A stretch of DNA of 64,000 nt from Dimorphilus gyrociliatus (lineage: Eukaryota; Animalia; Annelida): NCBI GenBank assembly GCA_904063045.1, contig CAJFCJ010000092.1, positions 1 to 64,000 on the forward strand, written 5' to 3'. Shown here in pieces: positions 38,771-50,158 of the stretch (position 1 is its first letter; each line of letters starts with the position of its first letter). The notes under the pieces were generated by a model. That model was not told the DNA's origin and did not search any database. It saw only the letters and a list, made by a program, of their open reading frames with translations. Both the position numbers and the translations under genes were made by a program.

Positions 38771-40912
38771 TTATATCAAGCCGACTTCGCACACCTCAAC
38801 TGGAAAAGTTGGAATGGTATTCTTCAGAATTGTAATCATTATCTGCCCTATTATATCTTCATTTTTTCTACAATCAAAGTTATATTTCCATTTATTATCG
38901 CCCTCTAATTGATTTATTGTAGAAAGAAAGCAAAACTTTGATTGTTGAGTACCATCTTTCGTTAGAAGAAAGTAAATATTTATAGAGCTTTTATCAATCA
39001 GTTGATAGTTTAAAATAACTGAAACCATATGTTTTATAATGCCAAATACGGTTTTCTTTTGTTTAGTAACTACTAAAGTATATGGATATTCATTAATTGA
39101 CAAGCATGTAGTTAAATTGTGATCTTTAAGAATATCTAAAGCATGTGATTGAGAACAGGAGTAAGAATGTAAAAGATTTATCTTTAAATCACTATTTTTT
39201 ACATTTTCTAGACTATTGACTCTAAATACAGATATTCTCGAATCATCCGTATTACTTACACCAATTTTGATCACGTTATCAGTTAGTGGAGAATTTTCAG
39301 TGTAGAGAATATCTACTCCACGAATTCTACCTTTACCAAATGTTACGCCATATGCGCTTAACGAAATCCAAAAATCTTTCCAAGTATTACAAGGTAAAAA
39401 ATGTTCACTTGAATTTGCAGTTGCAATTACATGACTCAATTTCCCATCGATAAAAATTCTTGTTTCCCACAAGCTTCCATTCGGGATCTTCATTTCAATT
39501 TTAATACTAGTTTGTCCAGTTGCATTCAGCAATTCAAAAATGAATGAATGGCATTGTTCATTAGCTGAAAAATTGAGTAGTTTAACACCAAAGCTAATGA
39601 ACGATAAATCAAGAATCTTCGAAGGAATGTAATAAATTTGTTGAACAGTTGATTGTATTTCGAATTCTTTAGATGAAGGATATTCTGAAAGAAATTTTCT
39701 ACATGAATATCTCATCAGAGTGTTGAAAATATACATTACTATGAGAATAAACTTGGAGGTATGCCAAACCAGGATTTCCTCCATTTTCAACATACAACTC
39801 TTTAATATATAATCCAAAACCGGTTTCAGTAGAATGTCCTTCATATTTAAAGCATTTTCTAAGCTTATTTTTCGGAAAATGTAAAATTTGTTGAAAACCT
39901 GAATTCCATTGAATTTGTATTTTAGAGAATAATGTTAATCCTCCATAATCCCTAAAAAAAACAATAGGAGATTTAATAGCTGATGTTTAGTTTTCTTATT
40001 AAAAGAAGGCTTCCTTTTACCTTCCCGAAATGCATATAATTTCTGGTTGAATTTCAACTGGAAAAGTTAATTCATATCTTATATTGTAACAACTTGATCC
40101 ATTGCAGTGCATTGAATAGTCACTTGAATAATTGATAGGATTATCGTAATTTAACGCATTTTCGCACGGATAACCAACATAGTGTGGGGCTGAACAAGTT
40201 GAAATTTCTGCAAAATTTGTGTAATGTAAATCTTCTTCTTGAGCAGGATCGTCTAGGAGAAGGAAGAGACAAATTAGTTATGAAATGATGAAAATGTTTT
40301 CAAGTGAATATTACCACTATAAGCGTATGCTATAATACTACCAATTCCCCTCTCCACAGATCCGTAGCCTTCAATTAAAGAAACTTTAATCCAGTTTGTT
40401 TGTTCACCAACCCGATCTGGTAGAAGGAAACATTTTTGAAATTTATTCGCGTCCAGTTTATGAAGAGAATTTCTTCCATTGCTGTAGAAAATGTTCACTT
40501 TCTTTAATAAAAAATTTGCTGTTGCCAATCTTTGTTCAATACAGATTTCAGCAATATCGAAGGTTTGTTCAAATATAATTTTAATAATGGATTGGGAGCA
40601 CATCTGATAAGTTGAGCAAAGTGATGCCCAATCCCTATGATTATACCATTGCGGTTCCAGAGCATTTTCACACGTATAGTTATTACCATTAAGACTGGCT
40701 TTCATATCACTAACGATGCAAGCTCCTCCATTTTTAATCCTACAAATATTTATCATTTTCCCGCCTGTATGGAAAGTAAACTCTATGTCTTTGCACTTAT
40801 GTATAGTATAATAAGAAAGTAATAAGGACGAGTACAAACTGGTTTGAAAGGAGTGAATAGGTCCAATCAGAAAGGAAGATAACCAAATCCAGAGAAAGCA
40901 GCTCAGATTCAT
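38771..40912 (-). CDS. Secreted multidomain protein: two discoidin/F5-8-like domains + FAMeT (Methyltransf_FA)-like domain + F-type-lectin-like C-terminus, about 4 exons
   Basis: Signal MNLSCFLWIWLSSFLIGPIHS. Two internally similar domains (TCENALE...QKCF...GIGSIIAY; PCENALN...RKCF...GLAYLQVY). LPCNTWKDFWISLSAYGVTFGKG...IGVS resembles FAMeT. ALD...TC...EVCEV resembles the galactose-binding fold. Confidence 0.65.
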
Positions 40913-41530
40913 AACAGCAATTTTTTCGGTAAAGAGATAGGAAAGATTAAGAGAGTGAATAAAACTCGTTGTTTAAATGTGCAAACACCTTAATGGACAG
41001 GGTAAAATACTGCAACAAATAAATCCATTAAAAGTAAATTACATCAGCAGAAGAGGGAACACTGTAAAAACATAAAAGCCTATACACAAGTGGCATTCAC
41101 AATTTTTTCTTCTTCTCAGAACTCTTCTTTATCTATTTAAGAACTATTGTTCAAATATTCAATGAATTCTCACTTATAACTTATTTTTATTCAATTCTCC
41201 TCTAATGGAATATATCAATTATTTATCTTTTGCTCAACTTATATTTCAATTTTGGGGTAAGAGTTCTGAAGTAAACTTTTGATCTTGTTTAAGGCCGTCG
41301 ATGAACGGGATACAATTGATAAAATCCTATGGATTATCCCATTAAGATCCCATAAAGTATTTCTCTTAGGAGGTTTAAATTGTTTGAGTATTTGGGAAGC
41401 AATCTAATATCAATAAATGGTGTTTAAACTGTTAAATATAGGATTTATGATCATATTTATTAAGATATTTATATTCAAACTGGTCACAATTGCGTTTGTA
41501 TGTCTAATGAACAATAAAAATAATGATATT

Positions 41531-41899
41531 ATGCTTTTAAATTATAAAATAATAATTATTCTACTCTATTCAACTCGTTTTTCAACTCTCATAAATTCTC
41601 GTAAAAACTTCAACAATTTCGATTATTTTCTATATTTTTCTATTTATTATTTTTTAATATTTACAGAAGATATTGAAAATTTTACAAATTTTGGCCATTT
41701 TGATTCGTTTGGCAACGATATTTCAGAAAGATATAATATAGATGATATACAATGTGGGAAAGTTTGCTACAAAATAGTTGCTTGTCAACTATTTGTTTAT
41801 AATTTTATCCAGAATCGTTGCTTTCTTAAACATACTGCTAATGCACCTTCTCAATGGATTTTGAAGAGCAATTTAATCTTGTATATAAGAGGTAAATAA
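41531..41899 (+). CDS. Small secreted PAN/Apple-domain protein
   Basis: Hydrophobic MLLNYKIIIILLYS exon, intron 41601-41666, then FDSFGNDISERYNIDDIQCGKVCYKIVACQLFVYNFIQNRCFLKH (PAN-type Cys spacing). A donor at 41892 may lead to a further exon. Confidence 0.65.
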   Translation: MLLNYKIIIILLYSTRFSTLINSRKNFNNFDYFLYFSIYYFLIFTEDIENFTNFGHFDSFGNDISERYNIDDIQCGKVCYKIVACQLFVYNFIQNRCFLKHTANAPSQWILKSNLILYIRGK

Positions 41900-41994
41900 A
41901 CACTTTTTACATCAATATTTTCATTCATACTCGTAAATCGATGACATAAGCTTTACAAACAATAACTCATATATACTATATATATATATATATA

Positions 41995-42241
41995 TGTAGT
42001 CGATGGGTGCATCGCCTAAATTTGGCAGCGAGCCAAATTTCCTTTACGTTACTTTATAATTCGTTAGGTCTATATATTTTAAACCTAACCATATTTCATT
42101 ATCCTTTATCATTTTCGATACGTTATTACGTATTATTACTGTTATATTTACTAGTATATACCTTAAATCTTTAACGCGTTGTATTAGTAAAGTCGGTGGA
42201 AATAGCTATAACCTACGTTCGCTACTCATTCATCGACTACA
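41995..42241. mobile_element. MITE with 11-bp terminal inverted repeats inserted in (TA)n
   Basis: TGTAGTCGATG (41995-42005) and CATCGACTACA (42231-42241), TA runs on both sides, no coding capacity. Confidence 0.65.
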
Positions 42242-42251
42242 TATATATATA

Positions 42252-43265
42252 TTATGGTCACCCAGAAAGTTCTCGCCGTTTTGCTGTAGTTTTAAAACGG
42301 TACACTGTAGGCCTATATTTTTTCATCATCAATAGAAAGTGAATTGATTAATGTACTGTCACTAAAAACTTTCTCAACTTACAATCCCTGGTTCAAAAGT
42401 TATTGAGACTTTAGTTGTGGCACAGTATGGATGATGGTATAAAGCAGAGAGTAATTATTCAATTTCTTGTATCACAACAAGTTATTGCAATCAATATTCA
42501 TCAGCAATTGAAAGCTTTTTTTGGTAGTACACTTAGTGAAGGTTCAGTAAGAAGGTGGGTTAGAGAATTTAAAGAAGGAAGAACAAATATTCTTGATAAA
42601 GACAGACCAGGACGCCCAAGAACAGCCAGTAACAATGAAAATATGGACAGAGTTATGGCTCTAATCAGAGATAACATGAGAATAAGCCAGGCTGAGATAT
42701 CTCAAACATTGAATATAAGCCATTCAGTTGTTGAAGATTTGATTGCAAGTCTTGGATTAAAAAAGATTGCCTCAAGATGGATTCCCTACCAATTTAATTG
42801 GGAACAAAAAGACATAAGGGTGGAAAGGTCTACAGAATTCCTAATAAAAGTATGGTGAAGAAGGAGAGAATTCACATATTTGAATAAATTCAGAAATTTA
42901 CATCAATATTCTAAAGCGATTAAAACAAAGAATAAATAGAATCAGGCCTAATAGAGAAGTGATTTTTTTGCAAGACAATGCCAGATCTCATACCAGCCTA
43001 CAAACAAGCCAATATCTTCAAACAACTGGATGGGTAATGCTGCCTCATCCAGCCTGCAGCCCAGATCTCGCTCTATCAGACTACTAGCTTTTCTAGAAAT
43101 TAAAGGACCATCTTTATAGACAAATATTTGAAAATGATGATGAATTGAAAACAGCAGTAAGGGCATTTTTTAGGTCTGAGCTGCCTGAATACTTTGCCAA
43201 AGGAATTGATATGCTTCCAGCCTGGTGGCAAACATGCATTGACAAAAATGGGGAATTTGAAGCTA
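42252..43265 (+). mobile_element. Defective mariner-family transposon
   Basis: HTH region QRVIIQFL...SEGSVRRWVREFKEG...DRPGRP...ASRWIPY, premature stop, internal deletion of most of the catalytic core, decayed C-terminus resembling HPPYSPDLAPSDY...W..CID..G. Confidence 0.85.
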
Positions 43266-43364
43266 AATAGACTATCTAAGACATTAATATTTATGAATAA
43301 GCATATTTTGTAATTTTTTTAACTGATGGATAAAACCGGTTATCAAATCATGTAATGTAGATAA

Positions 43365-43480
43365 AAGAAGATTTGTGGAGGGCAGTAGAGGAGGAGTTTC
43401 ATCAAATTCCAAATTGGTATATTCAAAACTTGTTTAACAGTTTTCATGAGAGACTCAGACTTTGTATCCTTTTAAACCTG
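43365..43480 (+). mobile_element. Tc1-like transposase C-terminal fragment
   Basis: Translates DLWRAVEEEFHQIPNWYIQNLFNSFHERLRLCI, a typical Tc1 C-terminal helix pattern. Confidence 0.45.
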
Positions 43481-43784
43481 AATAGTGTTTATACTGAGTC
43501 AACTGAGGTTAAATGATGGTTTTATATGTGGTTATCTATTCAAGGTAGTGAATATAAAAATTAAGGTTATTTTTAGAAATCACATTTTGAAAATAGAGTG
43601 GTAACTATTCAATTAATTATTATAATTTACATAATTATTTAATTTTATCCTATCATTTAAGATATTTAGTATTTTGAATCTCTAATTCATTTCAAGTAAT
43701 TCACTGACAACTCAGTTTTAGCAAGCCCGGTAAACGTCATCTTCTAGTATTAGCCTATTACTAATATGTTGTATTAGTACAGAT

Positions 43785-44640
43785 ATGTTGGTTACGTATA
43801 ATTTCAGTTTTTTTCTTTTGTGTTTCCTATTTATGCTATTTACTCAGAGAATTTCCAAAATGTTCTCAGTTGAAGCTGTTTCCGTGAAAAAATATAATAA
43901 TATCTGCTTAAAAGTACAATGTGAAATAGGTTATGAACCTTTACCTTGCTCTGAAGATACTACTATCCATGGTTGTAGAAAATGTCCGTCAGAAACATTC
44001 AACGACCAAAGAGGGAGAAGATTTCTCATAAAGAAGGGAAAAGATTTATTTTGGGAAACAAAGAGCTGCCGTAAAAGGTTTGATAATTAAAATTCGAATA
44101 TAAACTGGTACACATATTTATTAAATTTACAAGACGAAAGTGTTTAGGACAATTTGAAATGGTGTTTAAAAAAGGAAGTTTTAAAAGAAATACAGAGTGT
44201 AACTGTTCAAAAGAAGGATATGACTATAGTACATTAGAAGAAAAATGTGTAAAAGTAAAAGTTGCTGAGCAAGGTAAGTAGAAAGATGTAATGAATTATG
44301 TTTTTTCTCTTTAATTTCAATTGTATTGAATTTTTTAGAGGACAGTATGTATATTAACTTAATCTCTATACTAGTTACCTTCATCATTTTGGTACTGGTC
44401 GCAGTACTTTTTACAAAAAAAAGAAGTAATAGTTTGTGCAGCATTCATTCATTCATTAAAGTAAATTTATTAGGTCTAAAGATGATTTTTATTAGACAGA
44501 GATCTTTCATCTTCTCAACGTTTCCTTCTAAGTAATCATTATAAAATTCTAATGAAAAAATATTAATAAATACGGCTGTTTTTTCAGAAGAAATAAGGAG
44601 GACGGTAGATATTCAATACTATCCACAAACTCATACATGA
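43785..44640 (+). CDS. TNFR-like receptor copy A: cysteine-rich ectodomain + TM + very short tail
   Basis: CEIGYEPLPCSEDTTIHGCRKCPSETFNDQRG...SCRKR|RKCLGQFEMVFKKGSFKRNTECNC. Introns 44078-44133 and 44274-44338, donor at 44426. TM INLISILVTFIILVLVAVLF. The start and last exon are uncertain; every downstream frame tested stops within about 30 codons. Confidence 0.7.
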
Positions 44641-44732
44641 TTTCACTATCTAAGAATAGCTAACTAACTCCAATTCTCTCAATTTTATACTAAATTTCAA
44701 CTTCTTTCCAGACATTAAATACTGTTCACGTC

Positions 44733-46313
44733 TCAGAGGAAAATATTGATTGTANACATTTCAAGAACGTCATCGTCAATCCGCTGAAAGACATGATCAT
44801 TTGAGACAGTTTCGATATTATGATTATTCCAATGTAAATGAATTTGTTCATCATCAAAAGTACTTCCTTCAAATTCTATATATAAATTAGACTCCAGTTG
44901 AACTCTCCATTCAAAACGCGATGATTGAACTGAATTACTGCAATTAGCCATTTCAAGCAATATTCTAAATTTTGTACTATTGTAAGAGTGAACTTTGACA
45001 CCATCCGTGAAATACAATGAAATTTCCTTCTCATTTTCAACCTCATCAACGTTGAAACTTTTAAAGAAGGATGTAGGCCTAAAACACCTGCCAAACTGAT
45101 TATTCTGTTAAAAAGATAAAAAAGATAATAATTTTGATTATTATTATTGAAAGAAAAATATGTAAATATTTACCGGATGTTGCGGAATTATTCTTAAAAT
45201 TGCGCAATCGTTATCGACTATATCGCCATAAACATAAAATTTTAGTAGATCTTCGCTTTCTTGATTAACTATAATATATTCACAGAAACTGTTGAATGAA
45301 ATTTCTATATAACTCTTATGCCATTTAGCAATCTCTACTTTATCATATTTTTCCTTTTCCTTATGATAAACGCAAATATTCTTTCTACTCGAAGACAGAA
45401 ATGGAATTCTAAGTGAACACATTTGTTTAAACCTCTGTCCATCGGGTCTACAAACTATAGATTTAACAAACAGTTTCTTAGTCCTACATCGTCTTTTCAA
45501 CTTTAAAATTTCGTCGACTGTCCAGATTTTATCTGTTAATGAAATCTCTACAGGAGATTCTGTTGCATTTTCAGGAAAACTCATTTCAGCGAAAGGACAC
45601 TTTAACACCATTGACTTCATCTCATACAAACAACGACAGGTAGAACTTTGAAAAAAGTCTTTGTTCAAGTCCATGATAATAATTTCTAAAGATTGCAACG
45701 AGGATTTTGGTTGCGCCATAGACATTTTTAAAGATCCTAGCGATTTGGATGAAATACCGGAAGTAGAAAATTCATACTCAAAATTCAATCCTAAAAAGCT
45801 ATGCAAACCAGTTCTACTAAGAATGATACTATCTACTTTTTCTTTTCCAGTAGATGTTTGCAGGTGGAGAAAAAAGCGTAAATTTTCCTCTTCTTTAGGC
45901 AATTCAAATTGACGAATGACTATAACATTTGAAGTAGGCTTTTTGTTTCTTCCTGTACAAATTGTGAAAGTTAAATGGCCATTGATACTCTTATCCGTTA
46001 CGATGGCCTTTTTCCTTGTAACGAAAAGGAAAACTGCAGATGAATGTTGACATATTTCTCCTGTCTCGTTTTGATATTTTATTGGTTCATCATTTCTGTT
46101 AATTCTCTTTACGGCTGATTTTTCTAATTTTCTTTTTCTAACGTTATTAACCTTAGGACGGGATTTGCAGTTAGGACTAATGACTTTGTAAATATTTGTA
46201 GTAATTGATTGATTGTTGTCCATGAAATGTGCCATTTTCGTATTTTCTCTTTTAATCAATATGCCGAACGGTAATAATAGAAATATTACTAGATAAAAGA
46301 TGATAGAAAACAT
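44733..46313 (-). CDS. Membrane-anchored ZU5-UPA-like protein (copy B), no ectodomain, death domain truncated
   Basis: Signal-anchor MFSIIFYLVIFLLLPFGILIKR with an in-frame TAA two codons upstream. Colinear with the cytoplasmic part of the 47139-49895 gene; shared phase-0 intron (45173-45105). Stops shortly after the UPA region, next to an N at 44755. Confidence 0.75.
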
Positions 46314-46327
46314 GGATTATGCTAAGG

Positions 46328-46361
<34 letters not shown>

Positions 46362-47138
46362 TTTTAGTTTGTACTCACGTATTAAAAAGGCAGCTTTAAA
46401 AAGTTAATACAGCGTGTGCTTTAAAATCGAAAAATTGTGTTATAGGTTGAATTGCCTTCTTCAACAAGAAATTCAAATGATCCTGGACACTTTTGTCAAA
46501 ATCTATTTAAATAATAAAAACTTTACTAAGACCAAGTAAAATTTTGGCTGTTGACATGTTTTTTTTGGTTCATTAGGCCTAAGTGTTTATCTTGTAAAAT
46601 TTGCAATTCTTTTTAAGTAGTCATTATTTGGCAGAGAGTCAGTTTGTTCTTGGTGTTTCCACAGAACAAATTCAAAATGGCTGACCTGAACAAAAATAGC
46701 GTCTGTATGTCATATAATAAAACAAAAATTAATTTGTTCATTTCTTGATTTTCTCATGTCAAATAGTTACAACTATGTCCATAATTTCCCACATAATGGG
46801 TACGATTTCACCCGCATTAATTTTTGGCCTAGTTCTTGACCTATATTTGTGGATTGTGTTGAAAAAAATTATTCCTACACTTACTAGTTTTTGCGGAAGG
46901 TGACTGCCAACCTTTTGATGAGATATTTCGGAAATCAATAACACTTGAGAGTGGAAAAATGCCTTAAAATTTGTCGACTATTCTCTCAAAAGACGCAAGG
47001 TTTTTAGGTGGTTATAAACCTCATTATAATATGTTTTAGTGATTATAGAAATGTTTCGAACCGGAAGTTTTATTTAATAAAATGACTCACTAGATGGGGA
47101 TCAATTCATTTATTTATACTAAAATTTATGTCTGTCTA

Positions 47139-49895
47139 TTAATCAATAATCAATGAAATAGACTCTGGTGGTTTTACCTGGTAATCATTATCATATAAGG
47201 TGAATAATTTCAAGAGTTTCTCTACTTGCGGATACATGTTAAACTTTGTAACAAGTTCCCTTTCGCTGTATTCTAAACTGTATATTAAATTTTTTCTCGT
47301 AATTTTCTTCCAAAGATAATTTCTAATTTCTTTTAAACAACTAAATCTCGATAGGCGTAAAGATGGAATTCCTGGAAAACTTTTACAGCAATTAAAGAAA
47401 TTTCCACCTCCAATAACGCAAACAAACAATTTAAAAGTCATTTCTGAATATTTATCATGCGCCATTTGAAAAATCATTTTTTCAGTAATATAATTAAAAT
47501 GAACAGAGTGAAGAGGAGAAGTTTCGTTAAAAGTCGTATCAGATATATTTGTCCAATTCAGCAAAATTGTCTCGAAATCTTCATTATTTTCCCCTAATTG
47601 GAGTGAGAAAGTAACCCGTCTCTCAGGATTAAATTTTTCAATGATTTCTTCTAAATTGAAAATTTCAGGACTAACCGAATGAGGATAATTCTTACTTTCT
47701 TTCTTTTCTATCTCAAAGTAAACGGTTTTAATTTGTTCAATCTGTTGACTTGCATCTTTATCATGAGATACTAATGCAATTTTTCTTTCATTTTCCACAT
47801 CAACATTAAATTTTTTCATAAACGATTGAGGTACGAAGCAAGTATGGAATTGATTTTTCTGAAAATGTCCAATTTATCGTTTTATATTCATAGTTTTAAT
47901 AAATTTTCATTTCCCTACCTGAATTTGAGGAGAAATTTTTAAAATCGCCTTATCTTCGTCAACTTTATCACCGTAGACATAGAATTTTATCATATTTCTT
48001 CCTTCGTTATTGACGATAATATATTCGTTAAAGTCAGTAATATGAATTTCTATAAAGCTAGCATCCCAGATCACATTTTCAACTTTTAGCAGACATTTAT
48101 CATTTTTATGATATACAGAAACACGTTCAGGCATTGAAGACAGAAATGGAATCTTTAGCATGCACACTTTGTTAAATCTTTGTTCATCTGCTTTACATAT
48201 TAGATGTTTAATAAATATTTGATCATCATTTCCTTTTCTAATATTATCTATATCAGGAATAGCTTCGTCGTCTTTGTAGATTTTCTCATGTAATGAAATC
48301 TCTACCGGAGAATTTGTCGCGTCGTCGGGAATACTTAATTGAGCAAATGGACATTTTAAAGTAGTTGATATCTTATCATACCAGAAATGAAAACTAGGAT
48401 TTTCGAGTAGATCTTTATTCAAATCGATATCAATAGTTTTAAAATTATCCACTGACGATTTCAGTAGATTTATTGATAGTTTTAACGAATCTCGTGAGCC
48501 ATCTGATCCGCTAACATTGTATTTGCGAATATTGAAATTGTATTGAAACGTTTCGACTAATGATAGATCAAGGCGAGTTCTATCAATAGAGATTTCTTGT
48601 GTATCATATTCTTCATTCGATATTTGCCGATTGATTGAAAAGACTAAATTTTCAGCAGTACTGGATAATTTAAAACTACGAATGGCTATGATGTTGGATA
48701 ATTGCATATTTTCTGTACAAACGTTAAATGTTAATTTTCCCTTAACAGAACCATTTTCCTCAACAGTCAATTCATTTGTAACAAACAGAAGAACTTGAAG
48801 ATCAAATTTGCTCTTTTCCATTATAAAAGTTTCTTTAAAATCAAAGAAATGAATTATTGGGATAATGTCATCAGTCTTGGATTGAAGTTTTACACATATA
48901 CCAATCTTTTTCTGCAGTTCAGAACTAGTTTGACAAGTGACAGTAATTTTCTGACAATCTTGTTGAAATTCACTTTTCATGCTAACTGTTAAAAAGTCTT
49001 GGTCAAGATATGATTTAACATCGTAAAGAAAAATTCCAGACGAATGCCGAAATATGCCGTTATTTTCTGATAAATCAATATTCAGAGTCTTTTTAACAAT
49101 TTTACTCCCATTGGAAATGTTTGACAATTCTATATCTTTCAGCAGAGATTGGCTTTCGCCGATCATCGAGGCTTTAAAAAAGGAACTATGTTTTTAAAAA
49201 TTATTATAGGAAGATATTCACCTTCTCCTCCTTCTTCCATCATTGAGGTTTCAAGAGATTTGCATCTGCACAATTTTTTTTTCGCTCTTGCATAATATAA
49301 AAACAAGAAAACCATAAAAACCACAAATAATATCATGAGAAGTAAAATGATTAAAATTTGATAAAGGTGTGTTGCTGTTGAATTAAAAAGATGAAAAAAC
49401 GAGTTTGAGCTATAAGAATATGTTCAACTTACACGATTCATTATTGTTGTCTTCCACTTGCAGGCATTTGTTTAGATCTATCCTATATCTGTAATTGCTG
49501 TTTGTACAACTGCACAAAGTGTCTTCCTTGGAATTTCCCTCTTTGAGGACAGTCTCAAATAATCCATTACAAAGTCGTCTATTTCATCAATTGAACAATG
49601 AAATCTATTTACGTTTTACGTGTCTTTATTTTACAAACCTTTCACGACATTTTCGAATTAGCCAATAAGATTTGGATAATTCATCAATTAAGATTCTACT
49701 TCCTTGTATGTCGTTAAAATATCCGGGTCTACATTCTCTGCACGAATTGCCAATACTGTTATTGTTGCAGGGAGACGGTTCAAAACCTACATCGCAGACT
49801 ATTTGTTGGCAATTTCCTATTTTTCTTGAATTGGCTGCGACTGATTGAAATTGAATTCTTACTAAATGTATCCATAGTAAAACAGCCGGAGACAT
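47139..49895 (-). CDS. Type-I receptor: signal + TNFR-type cysteine-rich ectodomain + TM + ZU5-like/ZU5 + UPA-like + death-domain-like tail (842 aa)
   Basis: Exons 49895-49639, 49578-49433, 49374-49222, 49171-47919, 47858-47139; introns 60/58/50/60 bp; total 2529 nt, in frame. CRD CDVGFEPSPC...CRECRPGYFND...CRERRLCNGLFETVLKEGNSKEDTLCSC; TM ILIILLLMILFVVFMVFLFLYY; ZU5 LKCPFAQLSIPDDA...LICKADEQRFNKVCMLKIPF; DD-like ITEKMIFQMA...ITRKNLIYSLEYSERELVTKF. The gene model is firmer than the domain names. Confidence 0.82.
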
Positions 49896-50158
49896 TTCAA
49901 TATAATAATTTAGACATCAAAAATAAGAATTAATGTCTGTCTCTTATAACCATTGAATTTATGGTTGATATTGAACAGAAGTAACAATTACTGCGATTCA
50001 TATGAGTGGTTATAATTCAATTTTTAGGGAGCATATATTATTCTCATAAATACTATTGTAATTTATTAATTTGGAATCTCCCTAAATATTTTTGTCTAGT
50101 GTTTTTTTTTTATTATTGTGAAAAGCAATACTTGATTATTCAAATTTAACTTTTAAAC

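Noticed and set aside
41892-43849. Splicing of the PAN exon to the TNFR copy A exon, giving a PAN-TNFR fusion
   Set aside because: The phase-1 donor joined to the 43848 acceptor runs into a stop within 8 codons.
46332-46360. (GA)n tract, and (TG)n near 54823-54848
   Set aside because: Simple microsatellites; the first merely serves as the polypyrimidine tract of an acceptor on the minus strand.
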